Source of the DNA: Eledone cirrhosa
Lineage: Eukaryota
Reading direction: 5' to 3'
Assembly (NCBI GenBank): GCA_964016885.1
Contig: OZ024740.1
Coordinates: 438,526,001 to 438,590,000, forward strand
Length of the DNA stretch: 64,000 bases
This document shows, piece by piece, positions 44,257 to 58,553 of this stretch. The position numbers and the translations under genes are program-made. The number at the start of each line of letters is the position of its first letter. Positions within the stretch are counted from its first letter, which is position 1. The notes under the pieces were generated by a model. That model worked only from the letters and a program-made list of their open reading frames with translations. It searched no databases and was not told the origin of the DNA.

Positions 44257-46908
44257 ATATTTATTAAAATAAGAGATTAACGTTTAAGCAAAGAATCCCT
44301 GCTTTCACCCTTAACGGGATCTTCTGAAACTAACAAAGTCAATCTGTAAACGCAGAACTGGATATTTCAAAAAACGTTGCAACCGGAGGAAGACAGGAAG
44401 ACGATACTTTGGTTCATGGTGACGTTCGCTGGCAAAGAACGGGAAAAAACGAATAATACGTCATTAATAGGAGCGGTGAAAAACAATTACGTGCAAGGAC
44501 AGAACCACGTTTATGGTATAAAAGAGGTCGTAGACTAATGTTCTTTAAGTGGTGCATAGAGACGTTCTCTGGCAATGAACGAAAAAACGAAGATAATAAG
44601 TCATATGTGGAGCGTGGAGAACAATAGCGTGCAAAGACAAAACCACGTAAATGGTATAGCAGAGGTCGTAGACTAAAATTCTAACTAGGAGACCGAATGA
44701 ATCTCCGCTACAGAGTTAAGAACAAAGTAAATAAATACAACACAGAAGTAATAGGAACAAATAAATACATACACGCAAACAGATACGTACATACACAAGC
44801 ATACGCAAAACCTTACCATAGGTATACAAAACCACGCACATATAAATATATATATGTGTGTATGCTTGTGTACAAATAAATAAATAATTATATAAACGTA
44901 TATAAGTAAATAAATACGTATATAACAAGCGCACACACATACCTACAAATCAATACATGAAGGTTCGGAGACGTAAGTCTACTAAAACAAGAAGTACACA
45001 TATACACACACCCACCATACGTACGAACCTGCATACTCCCGCAGACGCAAAACTCCCATATACACATAACCAAGCCCTAAATACCAGAATATGTAAAAAT
45101 TATACGCCAAAACAGTCAAATATACGTACGAGAAGGTATACATACCTTCACAAAACATACGGGTAATATATACTTACCTATGCAAACAGTAAAGGAATAA
45201 ACAAAACATATACTTAGCTCCCACATCAAGACGTAAATATCCACGTATAGATCGTGCTATCCGTTAGGGTATAACGTAGGGCTGTAATACAGGAAAGTTT
45301 TGTGCAATTTATGTTTACAAGCTGAAATTGCCTCAGATTTTTTGTTTAAGATGTGGTCTGTGGCGTAGAGTATTTCCAGGGCCTCAGCGGCGCAGAGGTC
45401 ACACGGTCTTTTATTTCCGTTATACGATCTAGCCCTAGCTAGGATCTCCCATTGTAACTTATATTGGGTGTGGTTGTCTTTTAGGCTCCAGATATAAGCT
45501 GAAAGTGACGTCATATTCCTTCTTAGAGGGTAACGAAAAGAATGGGTATGCATGTAAAGACGCTGCTTGAAACTATTGGCGGTTAACCCTATGTAGGCCC
45601 TACGGGACGTGGGTGTTACAACCTTACATTTGTAGACAATGTTACTAGAGAGGCATTTCCCGGATAGGGGACAATCAGCCCGATTCCTACAATTACAGTT
45701 AGTACTAACTACAGGGTTGCACGTGTTCCTACGGCTAGGTATTTTAGCTAAATTTGAAGCTGTGATGTTATGTGCAAGGTTAGGAGTCGTTGAGTAAGAA
45801 ATTTTAATAGTGTTTCTATTAAAAAATCTGAGGCAATTTCGGCTTGTAAACATAAATTGCACAAAACTTTCCTGTATTACAGCCCTACGTTATACCCTAA
45901 CGGATAGCACGATCTATACGTGGATATTTACGTCTTGATGTGGGAGCTAAGTATATGTTTTGTTTATTCCTTTAGTTTTTGCATAGGTAAGTATATATTA
46001 CCCGTATGTTTTGTGAAGGTATGTATACCTTCTCGTACGTATATTTGACTGTTTTGGCGTATAATTTTTACATATTCTGGTATTTAGGGCTTGGTTATGT
46101 GTATATGGGAGTTTTGCGTCTGCGGGAGTATGCAGGTTCGTACGTATGGTGGGTGTGTGTATATGTGTACTTCTTGTTTTAGTTGACTTACGTCTCCGAA
46201 CCTTCATGTATTGATTTGTAGGTATGTGTGTGCGCTTGTTATATACGTATTTATTTACTTATATACGTTTAAATAATTATTTATTTATTTGTACACAAGC
46301 ATACACACATACACATATTTATATGTGCGTGGTTTTGTATACCTATGGTAAGGTTTTGCGTATGCTTGTGTATGTACGTATCTGTTTGCGTGTATGTATT
46401 TATTTGTTCCTATTACTTCTGTATTGTATTTATTTACTTTGTTCTTAACTCTGTAGCGGAGATTCATTCGGTCTCCTAGTTAGAATTTTAGTCTACGAAT
46501 TTCTGCTATACCATTTACGTGGTTTTGTCTTTGCACGCTATTGTTCTCCACGCTCCACATATGACTTATTATCCTCGTTTTTTCATTCATTGCCAGAGAA
46601 CGTCTCTATGCACCACTTAGAGAACATTAGTCTACGACCTCTTTTATACCATAAACGTTGTTCTGTCCTTGCATGTAATTGTTTTTCACCGCTCCTATTA
46701 ATGACGTATTATTCGTTTTTTCCCGTTCTTTGCCAGCGAACGTCACCATGAACCAAAGTATAGTCTTCCTGTCTTCCTCCGGTTGCAACGTTTTTTGAAA
46801 TATCCAGTTTTGCGTTTACAGATTGACTTTGTTAGTTTCAGAAGATCCCGTTAAGGGTGAAGGCAGCGATTCTTTGCTTAAACTTTAATCTGTTATTTTA
46901 ATAAATAT
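44257..46908 (-). mobile_element. 5'-truncated PLE with about 1.09-kb inverted pseudo-LTRs
   Basis: 44257-45343 is the reverse complement of 45821-46908; the spacer encodes a GIY-YIG domain. Confidence 0.92.
45257..45820 (-). pseudogene. PLE GIY-YIG endonuclease fragment
   Basis: FNRNTIKISYS, CNCRNRADCPLSGKCL, IVY...YIG, CDLCAAE, CKH. The ORF-track start lies in the inverted arm and is chimeric. Confidence 0.9.
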
Positions 46909-47058
46909 TTGCTCTTCGGTTCTTATATATTTGATATATATTTTCCTTATCGAGCCCTCTCTGGATTTTAGTCTTCAATTTTATTATTATTACTATACAT
47001 ATATATATATATATTTATATATATATATAAATATATATATATATTTATATATATATAC

Positions 47059-47166
<108 letters not shown>

Positions 47167-47204
47167 GCATACATATATATATATATATATACATATATAA
47201 ATAT

Positions 47205-47575
47205 AAGTATGTATACGTACATACACATATGTATACAGACGTTCAATCATCTGGCTGAAAGGTATACGTTGCTGACGATAGCTAATAAGCTTGAAACTAG
47301 TACATCCAATTCCTTTGTCATGGTTGAACAAATGAGCAACGATGGTTGCTAGACACTGTACGGCCTAATTCGGGATGTTTGTTTACAAACACACCGAGCA
47401 TTATAATAAATGTTCGGTGAATCCATACGTACATATATATATGTGTGCATGTATGTATATATATATACATACTACTATACGTCTGTATACATATATGTAT
47501 GTACGTATACATACTTATATTTAAGTAACAGCCGTACTAAGAGTGAGAAATGAAATTTCGTTTCATTTTTTCCGT
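47205..47575 (+). mobile_element. Family A copy with damaged helix I (HHR about 47266-47306)
   Basis: CTGACGATAGCTAATAAGCTTGAAACTAGTACATC core retained; flanked by (TA)n. Confidence 0.8.
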
Positions 47576-47577
47576 TT

Positions 47578-47610
<33 letters not shown>

Positions 47611-47630
47611 TATATACATATATATATATG

Positions 47631-47664
<34 letters not shown>

Positions 47665-47675
47665 CATGTATACAT

Positions 47676-47785
<110 letters not shown>

Positions 47786-48512
47786 GTGTGTATATATATT
47801 TATATGTATACACACATATATATGTATATATAAACACACACGCACACATACACACGCCCACACACACACACGCATATATATATATATATACACCTTTCAA
47901 CTTTCATACCATAACCGGTTTTATTCTATGCTTTTAGCCATACGTTACAGAAATTACATTTGTTAAGCAATCTTCGTGGCAAAATCTTGCTTGAAGCTAA
48001 CAAGATTCTGTTGTTTTGGTGGAGGTGATATTCTTAATGGAAGAAATTCAACGAAGTGTACAATATTTCTACAAGCTATTCTACGTAATATACACCTCAA
48101 ATTGTTTTAATGCAATAATTACGATGGTTTATTTTTTTCTCTGTTCTTCTATACTTCTTTTTTCTTCATTATGTTCTCGCCTGAGATAATTCCTTCTTTC
48201 AAAATAGACGTTTTTTTTACTTTTATTCGGCTCATATATCTGTTTTTTCCTACTCCTCTTCCTGCAATAATCTTCCTAATTCATTTCTAGAAGATTCAGA
48301 AGATTTATAAGTCTTCCCAAATAAAAGGGTTTCGTTTCACTACTGAGTCTTTGTACTTCCACTGATGAACTTGGAATATTACAACTGATGGATTTATTAG
48401 AAACAATGAATGTATGTAAATATATATATCAAAGGTATATATTGAGTTAGAAACAGAAAATAGTATCTTACAATTAAATAACTCAAAGAAAGAGGTTTTT
48501 CTGGGCCGTGTA

Positions 48513-48818
48513 ATATAATTGAATATAAAAGAGAGATAAACATAGAAAAAAAAAAATATATGTGTTCAAATCGTAAGGGACCAGATTCTCGAGGGTGAAA
48601 AAAATACTAACTATTAACAATAGGGTTTGCCAGACTCAATTTAAAAAATAAACCGATATCGGTTTGTATTTCTTTTCTTGATTTATTATTTTAAATTGGG
48701 GCTGGCAAACCCTATTGTTAATAGTTAGAATATTTTTCACCCTAGCGAATCTGGTCCCTTACGATTTGAACACATATGTTTTTATCTGTATTTATCTCTC
48801 TTTTATATTCAATTATAT
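48513..48818. repeat. About 135-bp inverted repeat with central palindrome AAACCGATATCGGTTT
   Basis: 48513-48646 versus 48689-48818. Confidence 0.85.
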
Positions 48819-48837
48819 ATATTTATATATAAATATA

Positions 48838-48861
48838 CTAGACCACCCGTGACCCGCGGGT
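48838..48861 (-). mobile_element. Possible Helitron 3' terminus
   Basis: GC-rich hairpin ACCCGCG-ggt-CACGGGT followed by ggtCTAG and a T. Confidence 0.5.
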
Positions 48862-49085
48862 TCACTTTCACTTGAAAATATTTTTAAAAATCATGTTCAC
48901 TTAAAAATAATTTTTAAATAATTAAAATATACACAGATATGTATGTAATGTGAAATGAAATTGGAAGGCCCATATATATACGTGTGTGTATGTATATATA
49001 TATAAATGTGTGTGTGTGTGTATACATATATATGTATGTGTCTGTGATCTATATACACTGGTCATAGACACACACACACACACAT

Positions 49086-49135
<50 letters not shown>

Positions 49136-50129
49136 TCACATATATATATACACACACACAACAACACCACCAACTCTCTCTCTCTTCCATTCTCCTTCCC
49201 TGTCTCCTCCCTCTCTCTATGTCTCTCTTTCAATCTACTCTCTCGCAACCACTATCTATTTCTCTCTATCTTTCTCTCTTTCTCTCTGTTTATGAAGGTA
49301 CCTGGAAAAACCCCGTATCTCAGGAACACGTGCTCCGATATACGCAAAACTTATTTTATGCTATTTGTATTCCCATTTCAGGGGCAACTTCCTTTCAAAG
49401 TATTTTTCCATTATACACCCTTTTGGCTGTATTACATTACAGACAAGCAAGCAATCACAGAGTTTTAATAATACATAGTTAAACATGTTTATATCTGTCC
49501 TAAACCTTGGGCTACATCAGGCCAGAGTTTCCATCAGTAAGATTCCTAGGACATTGGCTTTGTCATCACCTAGTGTCGGATTACAACTTTATTGATATAC
49601 AAGATGTCTAATTTACTGTACTAATAACGATATCATGTGTATTCCTTCTGTTTCGGAAATATTAGTTCCTTTTATATTGCGAGATTATCTGATTAGCAAG
49701 TCGGTGTAAAATGTTGGGGTATAGTATATTGATATCCCCATTATATATTATATATTAGCTAATATATTTTAATATTTTTCTATGATTATACACAACAAAA
49801 AGCGCTACCTAATGTTTCAACGTCAATTATGACAAAATCTCCAGATTCTGTACATTGTTACAGAGAGGAAGAGCGATCAAATTTGTGGCCTAGTCATCCG
49901 GCACATAGACGAGTTTGAAGATACCATTAAAATATACAGCGTGTTGAACACTTCGTTATAAAAAATGCATATATTGTTAACGAAGATGTAGACATACTGA
50001 AACAAATTCGTAATTATTGCTCGCAGACGACAAACCTTGTAATATCCTAAAATTTTCTCTGAGGCAGAGAAAGATATGTGAGTATGGAGCAAGATCGTTT
50101 GAAACAACGAGTTGTTTTCGTTGGGTTTA

Positions 50130-50310
50130 TGGTATGGTTTATACGAAGCTGTAGGTCTGAGGTGACGCCGAGCAAATTTACACAGTTTGAAATTATTGAT
50201 TTTTATCCCTCCATTTCTAGGAACATCTTTCGTAATGCTTTCGACTTTGCCTGTTCTTTTGTGTACATCAGTGACAAGGAATAGGAACTAACACGCTATA
50301 TTTTTCAACG
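50130..50310 (+). pseudogene. PLE reverse transcriptase relic
   Basis: KFTQFEIIDFYPSISRNIFRNAFDFA aligns with RFIQLDIANYYSSITPSLLNKALNYA near 57100. Confidence 0.7.
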
Positions 50311-50482
50311 GTAATTTCAAACTAGGTCAAATGCCTGATGATTAGGTCAAGAATTTGATCGCACTTCCACTCTGCAGCACAGTGTATAATCTAGGGAGAT
50401 GGTCATAATTGGACCTTGAAGCCTGACATAGCGTTTTTTGTTCCGTGAATTTGATGTTGATGAGAAAGTTAAAAAGTGGGCA

Positions 50483-50753
50483 TATATCTCTATATGTAGG
50501 TTGGTGTAGAGAGTGTGATGGAGAGGATGGTGGTAGTGGCTTATATCTCTGTAGGTTGGTGTAGAGAGTGTGATGGAGAGGATGGTGGTAGTGGCTTATA
50601 TCTCTGTAGGTTGGTGTAGAGAGTGTGATGGAGAGGATGGTGGTAGTGGCTTATATCTCTGTAGGTTGGTGTAGAGAGTGTGATGGAGAGGATGGTGGTA
50701 GTGGCTTATATCTCTGTAGGTTGGTGTAGAGAGTGTGATGGAGAGGATGGTGG
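50483..50753. repeat. 55-bp minisatellite, about 5 copies
   Basis: GTAGGTTGG recurs at 50496, 50551, 50606, 50661 and 50716. Confidence 0.95.
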
Positions 50754-51052
50754 TTAATACGACATCGATATTAATGATGATGTTGCTGATGTTGATGATG
50801 GTGTTGTTGCTGATGATGATGGTAATAATGCTGCTGCTGCTGATGATGGGGCTGCTGATGATGATGGCGCTGCTGCTGCTGCTGCTCCTGATGATGATGG
50901 CGCTGCTGCTGCTGCTGCTCCTGATGGTGCAGCTGTCGACCGCTTTATTTGCCATAGGGTCAAAAGAAATGTCAAACCTATAATTATACAAGTGAAGACA
51001 AAAGTTAGATTTTCAAAAATCATCAACCGTAAACAATGTTAAACAGATACAG

Positions 51053-51706
51053 ACCACCACCACCACCACTAACACCATCACTACCACCACCACCACCACT
51101 AACACCACCACCACTAACACCACCACCAACACCACCACTAACACCACCACCACCACTAACACCACCACTACCACCACCACCACCACCACCACCACCACTA
51201 ACACCACCACCACCACTACCACCACCACCACTAACACCACCACCACTAACACCACCACCAACACCACCACTAACACCACCACCACCACTAACACCACCAC
51301 TACCACCACCACCACCACCACCACCACTAACACCACCACCACCACTACCACCACCACCACTAACACCACCACCACTAACACCACCACCAACACCACCACT
51401 ACCACCACCACCACCACCACCACCACCACTAACACCACCACCACCACTACCACCACCACCACTAACACCACCACCACTAACACCACCACCAACACCACCA
51501 CTAACACCACCACCACCACTAACACCACCACTACCACCACCACCACCACCACCACTAACACCACCACCACCACTAACACCACCACTACCACCACCACCAC
51601 TAACACCACCACCACCACCACCACTAACACCACCACTACCACCACTACCACCACCACCACCACTAACACCACCACCACCACCACTAACACCACCACCAAC
51701 AACAAC
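51053..51706. repeat. (CCA)n-based compound repeat with CTAACA/CTA interruptions
   Basis: Direct reading. Confidence 0.95.
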
Positions 51707-51722
51707 AATATTTCAAACCTAA

Positions 51723-51935
51723 TTTGAAGTTTCCCACACCCATTTTAAATTAAGAGAATTTCTTGGTCTCATGAATTTTTATCACCAATTCAATTTTCAC
51801 TGCACACAAATCACTCGAACTTGGGACGACATTCTGCTAGGTAAAACAATATATAGGATCAACCTAGCGTTTGGGGAACAAATGAAGTTCAGCTTTTCCA
51901 AGAGCTCAAAGCAATATTGGCCAAAAATCTGATGA
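51723..51935 (+). pseudogene. Ty3/Gypsy pol relic (RT thumb/connection region)
   Basis: KLREFLGLMNFYHQF, then after a frameshift VWGTNEVQLFQELKAILAK; matches the LRxFLGxxNFY...W...F..LK..L pattern. Confidence 0.65.
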
Positions 51936-53473
51936 TCAATCGTATTTATTGATAGATGCTTAAGACATGGCGATAAGAAGGGTTCTTTAAACACATCTAA
52001 ATGTAATCTAGCAAAAACCTTTCTTCATCTTCAAGCGTTTATAACCAGCCAAATCCACAATATTATACTTCCGGTATAGAATGAATGGCACACTTAAACC
52101 TACATTAGGGGACAGTAGTGGAACATTTCCCGCGTCAAGACAAGGCTGCTGTTAAAATTAAGCCACCCCCACCACCCATGACTTATATTCTCGTACAATT
52201 GGGAATACGCTCCAATGTGAAGGAAGAAATCGAAATGACAAGGGTAGAGATTCTGTATGGCAACTTAATCAATTTACCACACCAGGTTGTCAGGCTACTT
52301 GCCTTCCACCTGTACCTAACTGATCACAATATGTGCACCGACTGCAGAAACAAAATGTACCATATTTCACTAACTGTAACTCGATTGCACCAATATGTTT
52401 CATTGATCATATGTTTTCAATTAAGTATTTACATATAACTTCCAACTTTTCCTCGTAGATAGACACAGTAAAAGAGAGCCAATCAGCATGTACTGGTTAA
52501 ACCAAGCTTATATTGAAGACAAATATTTATCTACCACCTTATAAGCAGACTTTTCTACACATTTTTCCTGTACCACAAATCCCTCTACATTAAACAAGTC
52601 ATTTTTTCTTCGATATAAATATCTGAACCTGTTCATTGGCCCGTTTGCTTTCACGACAGCAAAAACTGGTCTTAATTATCGATTTCTTTCACTCATCTAC
52701 AACCGATTTAGCAAGGGACTGCTGTAGTGAATTCTCATATGCCCTGAACTATTAAAAACAAATATATAAAAAACAGATTCAAACGAGTTATTCTATTTTG
52801 TACGTCACATGACTAAAAATAGTCAATCACTTTTCTTGTAAATTGCTTGTTACGCGCGAGTGTAGAGGCTTTCCTGATATTATTTAAACAGTATTCTTTC
52901 TTTTTTTTTCCTTCTTTCAGAGCTGTCTTCTTGTCGATTAAATCCACATCAGTCAGTGTAATTCTTTCGTGTTTCCCGCATGGCACCCATTAAAAATCTT
53001 TATTCAAGAATTTTTGCTTCTGCCTAATAGTTGCTCTGATAAACACACCTAGCTTAAAAAATACAATGTCGTCTGACACGACGACTGAACTTTGAGGATT
53101 CTTCCTAATCAATGTTTCGCATTCAACTATTTTAGAATGGAATGGACCCTCATCAGTCACAATGGTGATTCTTTTCTGTGTTCGATCATCAGAACAGTTT
53201 GCTCGTGACATTAACTTGCAAGTATCTGAGCAATCCGCAGACACGTGTACCCCCAACGTAATTCTCAGAAAGAAATAGTGCAACACGCTGTGAGACAAGG
53301 TTGCTCCTTTGATTTACAGAGAGTCCATCTGACGGGTTTCCAACCAGATGTTGTCTATCCAATTTCATTCAGATGGGTTGGAGTGACCCGAGATTATAAT
53401 AAATGCTACGTATTCAAGATTTAAAGTAGCAGAATGAATATGGGAAATTAAGCAAACTTTTTATCCATTTGTT

Positions 53474-53545
53474 GAGCTGTGTGGCCAAGTGGTAAGGGCG
53501 TGGGGAATACGATCATAATGTCATGGGTTTGATTCCTGGACTGTG
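53474..53545 (+). mobile_element. tRNA-derived SINE head
   Basis: A box TGGCCAAGTGG and B-box-like GGTTTGATTCC. Confidence 0.6.
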
Positions 53546-54042
53546 TTGTGATTACAATTGACATTTAAAAGTTAACATTGATAATAATTTCATTATCAAT
53601 ATAGAATACAATGGTAGCATATTAGATATTTTTTTTTGTTTTTAGCAAATGAAATAAATTTGATGTTGTTATAACTATAAATTGGAGAAACATACAGAAA
53701 AAGAAGTAGTATTGGAAAGAACTATAATTGCCATAAATGGAAGGAAAAGGAGCGAAAGAGTTAGAACTATTAGACAGACGGGGAGGGTGACAGGCCTAGG
53801 TTAGCAGCACGATTAGTTGTTAAACATGTTTTACCGATTTATACAGATAATATGTATCAAAGATTGTCCACAGAAACAGTATCACAGACAGATACAGAGA
53901 AATGGCTAAACACATTACTGTGGAATAAGTTATAGAAATAATTTACAACATATAAATTCTTAAATTTATATTTACGAATTGTGTTGCTGAAAGATTTACC
54001 GTTTTTTTAAATTTCTGTAAGACAATGTTATATATACTTGCA

Positions 54043-54088
<46 letters not shown>

Positions 54089-54227
54089 AGTTATTATCGC
54101 TCCAACGTGATGTATATGATTTTTAATGCGAAGAAATACCAATGATCGTTGGCAAATCACTGATGTGGGACTCATTTTATAACATGTTATCCATGCGCAA
54201 CCATGCAGTATTCTTCTCCCCCATATT

Positions 54228-54297
<70 letters not shown>

Positions 54298-54313
54298 ACA
54301 GATTCTTCTTCCA

Positions 54314-54424
54314 GGAAACCTTACGCTATGATTGCCTACAACATAAATTATTGGACTCACCCCCTAATCTCGCTGAAACTATCGCTTCAATGCCACATTA
54401 AATATTATCGACCCCACCACAAGC

Positions 54425-54483
<59 letters not shown>

Positions 54484-54660
54484 GGGGCCTATAAGATTTA
54501 ATGTGGCATTGAAGAGATAGTTTCAGTGAGATTAGGCGATGAGTCCTATAATTTATGTGGTAGGCAATCATAGCGTAAGGTTTCCTTAGCGGATCCTCAG
54601 CTCGTAATGTCCATTACGAGCTGAGGATCCGCTAAGGTGAAACAATTATTCTCGGTATGG
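54314..54660. repeat. Two adjoining inverted repeats with a degenerate hammerhead
   Basis: 54314-54417 and 54482-54585 around (TA)n; perfect 26-bp hairpin at 54584-54637; CGAG-CTGAGGA...GAAAC-AATT-ATT-CTCG. Confidence 0.8.
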
Positions 54661-54682
54661 TGAACTAATTGTTGTGTAACCA

Positions 54683-54752
<70 letters not shown>

Positions 54753-55106
54753 ATTAAATAAATGGAAAACTATATTTATAAAACCATATTTATTTCATTA
54801 TATATATTTCGGGGATATCATATTAACAATATGCTATGCCTTCATCAGATAAAATACAATATAAACAGTTTTATAGATAAATATATTCGACATACCGTAA
54901 TAAACATCAACTTCATTTGAAGAGGTTCACTCTAGCAGTAAAAATACAGAGAGAAAGAAAGAGAGAGAGAAGAGAGGGAAATAAGAAAGAAAGAAAGACA
55001 AAACGAAGAAAAGGAAGAAAAAGAAGAAAAAGAAGAAATGCATGGGACAAAATAGAGAGATGGAAAAATAGATAAAGCGAAGAGCTTCATGTAAAGAGAC
55101 CGAAAG

Positions 55107-55138
<32 letters not shown>

Positions 55139-55241
55139 GAAATAGAGATAGATACATATATAAATATAGATATAGAAAAATATAGATATAGAAAAATTAG
55201 GTAGTGGGAGGTCATTTTGAGTAAGTGTATCAATGATGCAT

Positions 55242-55276
<35 letters not shown>

Positions 55277-56472
55277 GCTCAAGTATTAATGTAAGGGAGA
55301 TATATAGAGAGATATAGAGAGATATAGAGAGAGAAAAAATTTAAAAATAGCCAGACATATTCGAGGCGTAGAAAACCCTATGTTTTAATGTATTAGTATT
55401 TATAAAACTTACACTATATTGTAAATATCAGTATTCCTGAATGAAACAAGTATTCACAATGCGTGAAAATTCATTATCTTATGTTTAGTTTTTTTAAAAA
55501 AATTCATATGTCTATGTGAATCCAACTGATTCACTCCGCAAATTCAAAGTTACCGGAAAACATTCTCAATGTGGTATAAAAATTTGAGCGTATTATTATT
55601 CTCTACAAGATTATCTATCAAGCAGAAATAGAGAGCAGATTTCAATATACTAATCGAAAATATATATTATATTATAAGCAGAGATAACAATAATAATGAT
55701 AATAAGTAAAAATATATAAAAATATAAAAATATAGAATAGAAAACTAAAAAAGAATATTACGAAAGAATATTACATAATAAAAATATTGCATATTAAAAA
55801 TACTACGTATTAAAAATACTACGTATTAAAAATATTACGTATTAAAACTTTACATATAAAAATATTAAAAATAAACTTACATATAAAAATATTAAAAATA
55901 AAAATAAAATAAACTAAAAAATAAAAATATAAAAATATTATAGAATACTACAATACTAAAAGAATAAAAATAAAAGTAAACCACAAAGAACAACCCTTCA
56001 AGGTTAATTGACAATATATTGCCAAGTTCACTACAAGACAAAGCCAAAAATTATCTATCAAATCACATCTAGCAAGGAATATCGCAAAAAAAGATTATGA
56101 TGTCCAATAATGTCTACATATGTTCCTATATTTAATATATAAGTTTATCAAGTGTAAGGTTAATTCAGAAAATTTGGAGCATCGGCTTTTAGGGTAGCTT
56201 AATTTTTCATGAGGAATGTTTAGATAAAAATAAAAAAATAAAAATAAAAATAAAAATAAAAATAAATAAAATAAAATAAACAATAAAAAGAGTAAAAAGA
56301 GGGAATCAAAGATTTAGGAATCAAAAGATTTATCGGCTAGTTCTCATATAAATATAAATCAAACTAAATATACTACATTTTAAATTTAAATTTATATTTA
56401 AACGTTGAGTTTAATCTATGTTTGCAACAACTGAATAAATTTGTCCGTAGGTTAAGGGAATTTTTAGATTTT

Positions 56473-58553
56473 TAGATTTTTAGATAAATTTAATGCAGAC
56501 GAAAATATCTCGGACTTAAACAAAGTTTTCAAATCTAAAAGAAATCCACCCCCTAACAAACTTTTATCTGACTTTGAAAACGATATAATTTCTATCATAC
56601 AAGGGGTCAAATTCAAGAGAAACTTTAAAGGCCAGGAATATCTGAAAGGCATTAAGGATAACATTGAGAGCTTAGAGAAAACTGAGAAGATCTTGGTGAA
56701 ATCTGACAAGACCAACAACCTCTATGGAGTGCAGAAAGACATGTATAATGGCCTCATACTGAAAGAGCTGAGGAAAAAATACAAGGTAGCAGATAAGACC
56801 GAACTTGTGAAAATGAATGTTGAAGCATCTTGTATAATGCATGAGTTGGAAATTGAGAACAGAACACAACCTTTCGTGCCCAGGAAACCGAAGATCAATA
56901 TGAAGGACCACAAGAGGAATTTTGAGATTGACCTGCCAGTTAGATTGATCGGACCTGGGCAAATTAAGCAAAAACATTCTTGACAGGGTGATACTGCAAA
57001 TTAAGAACTTGGATTATGTATCTAACCTGAGCTTGTGGAAGGGAACTGGAGAGGTTGTTGAGTGGTTTAGGCAAATTAAATATGACAATAATAATAGGTT
57101 TATTCAACTTGATATAGCTAACTATTATTCTTCTATTACCCCTAGTCTACTAAATAAGGCACTAAATTACGCATTCAAACATACGGACCTAACTAGCAAA
57201 GAAATGCATATTATATTATCGGCTAGGAAAACTTTGATAGAATTTGATGACAAATTATGGACCTGAGCAAATAGAGATAGCAATTTTGACATAACTATGG
57301 GATCTTCCGACTCAGCTCAAGTAACTGACCTTGTGGGCTTATTTTTAATCAATTCGCTACATAGGAAAATACCTGGTACTACCGGAGGTTTATATAGGGA
57401 TGACATGCTTTTACTTATTAATAATAATAACCCTGAACTAAATAGAAAATGTAAACAAATTACAAAACTTTTTAATTACTTTAACCTTAAAATAGAAATT
57501 GAGAACAACCATAGAATAGTCAATTTCCTAGATATAACATTAAATCTCAACACATGTCTCCACTATCCTTTTCACAAGTTGAATGAAAACTTAAACTATG
57601 TCAACTTTAACTCTAACCACCCCAGATCTGTCAAAAACACTATAGTAAACTCAGTCCAAAAACGTATCTCTAGGATCTCGTCGAATAGAAAGATTTTTGA
57701 CGAAAAGGCCCAATACTATAATGATGCACTAGCTAGGGCAGGGTATGCTGATAAGATTGTGTACATAGATAATGATAAACAAACTAAACAAAGTAACAAC
57801 TTTTTTAATTATGGCAACAACATTAACAACTATAATAGAAAGCATTACAATAATTCCAAAGGACAAAAAAGAAATAGAACTAGGAACATAATTTGGTTTG
57901 CCCCCCCTTTCTCACTAAACATTAAAACCCACATCGCTAAATTATTTTTCAAAGCTCTTGATAATCGCTTCCCTAGAACACATAGGTACCACTCAATCTT
58001 CAATAGGCATACAATTAAATTAACCTACTCATCCACCAAAAATTTAGCACAAAATATTAATAGAATAAATAATAGGAACTTAAAACCTACTGATAATAGC
58101 ATAAATAATATACAAGTTAACAAATGTAACTGTAGAGATAGATCTAAATGTCCGTTAAATAACAACTGCTTAGTTAAAAATATAGTATACAATTGTAATG
58201 TTAATACTGACTCTAATTCTTTTAACTACGTCGGTTCCACATCGACGGAATTTAAACTTCGCTATAATAACCACAAGAATTCTTTCACAGATCCAAATAA
58301 AAAATCTTCAACGGCACTATCAGGTGTACTCTGGCAACTTAAGCTAGATAACGTTAGATATTCGACGGCTTGGAATATAGTCTCAAGAGGGATTCCTTTT
58401 AATTCATCCTCTGAGACATGTGACCTCTGCGCAGAGGAGATATTCTTTATACTAAAATCTAAAAATTCCCTTAACCTACGGACAAATTTATTCAGTTGTT
58501 GCAAACATAGATTAAACTCAACGTTTAAATATAAATTTAAATTTAAAATGTAG
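56473..58553 (+). pseudogene. PLE RT plus GIY-YIG polyprotein, 5'-truncated and disrupted
   Basis: KSDKT, KDHK, FIQLDIANYYSSI, MGSSDSAQ, YRDD, NFLDITL, SNHP, IIWF, CNCR...CPL, YVG, CDLC, CCKH. Frameshift near 56950 and TGA at 57264. Confidence 0.93.

Noticed and set aside
48357-48419. Possible HHR TTCCA-CTGATGA...GAAAC...GTA-TGTAA
   Set aside because: Helix II does not pair and helix I is mismatched; at best a relic.
50754-51026. Ala/Ser-rich minus-strand ORF as a terminal exon
   Set aside because: Mostly (CAG)/(CAT) low-complexity sequence; unsupported.
53130-53165. Minus-strand CTGATGA...GAAAC
   Set aside because: Helix I and helix III cannot be formed.
53474-53545. tRNA gene
   Set aside because: A and B boxes are present but no cloverleaf forms; treated as a SINE head.
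56981-57266. In-frame TGA codons as selenocysteine (reported for some Naiad PLEs)
   Set aside because: 56981 results from a frameshift, and 57264 falls at a normally basic position rather than a Cys. The endonuclease cysteines use TGY codons and no SECIS was recognised.
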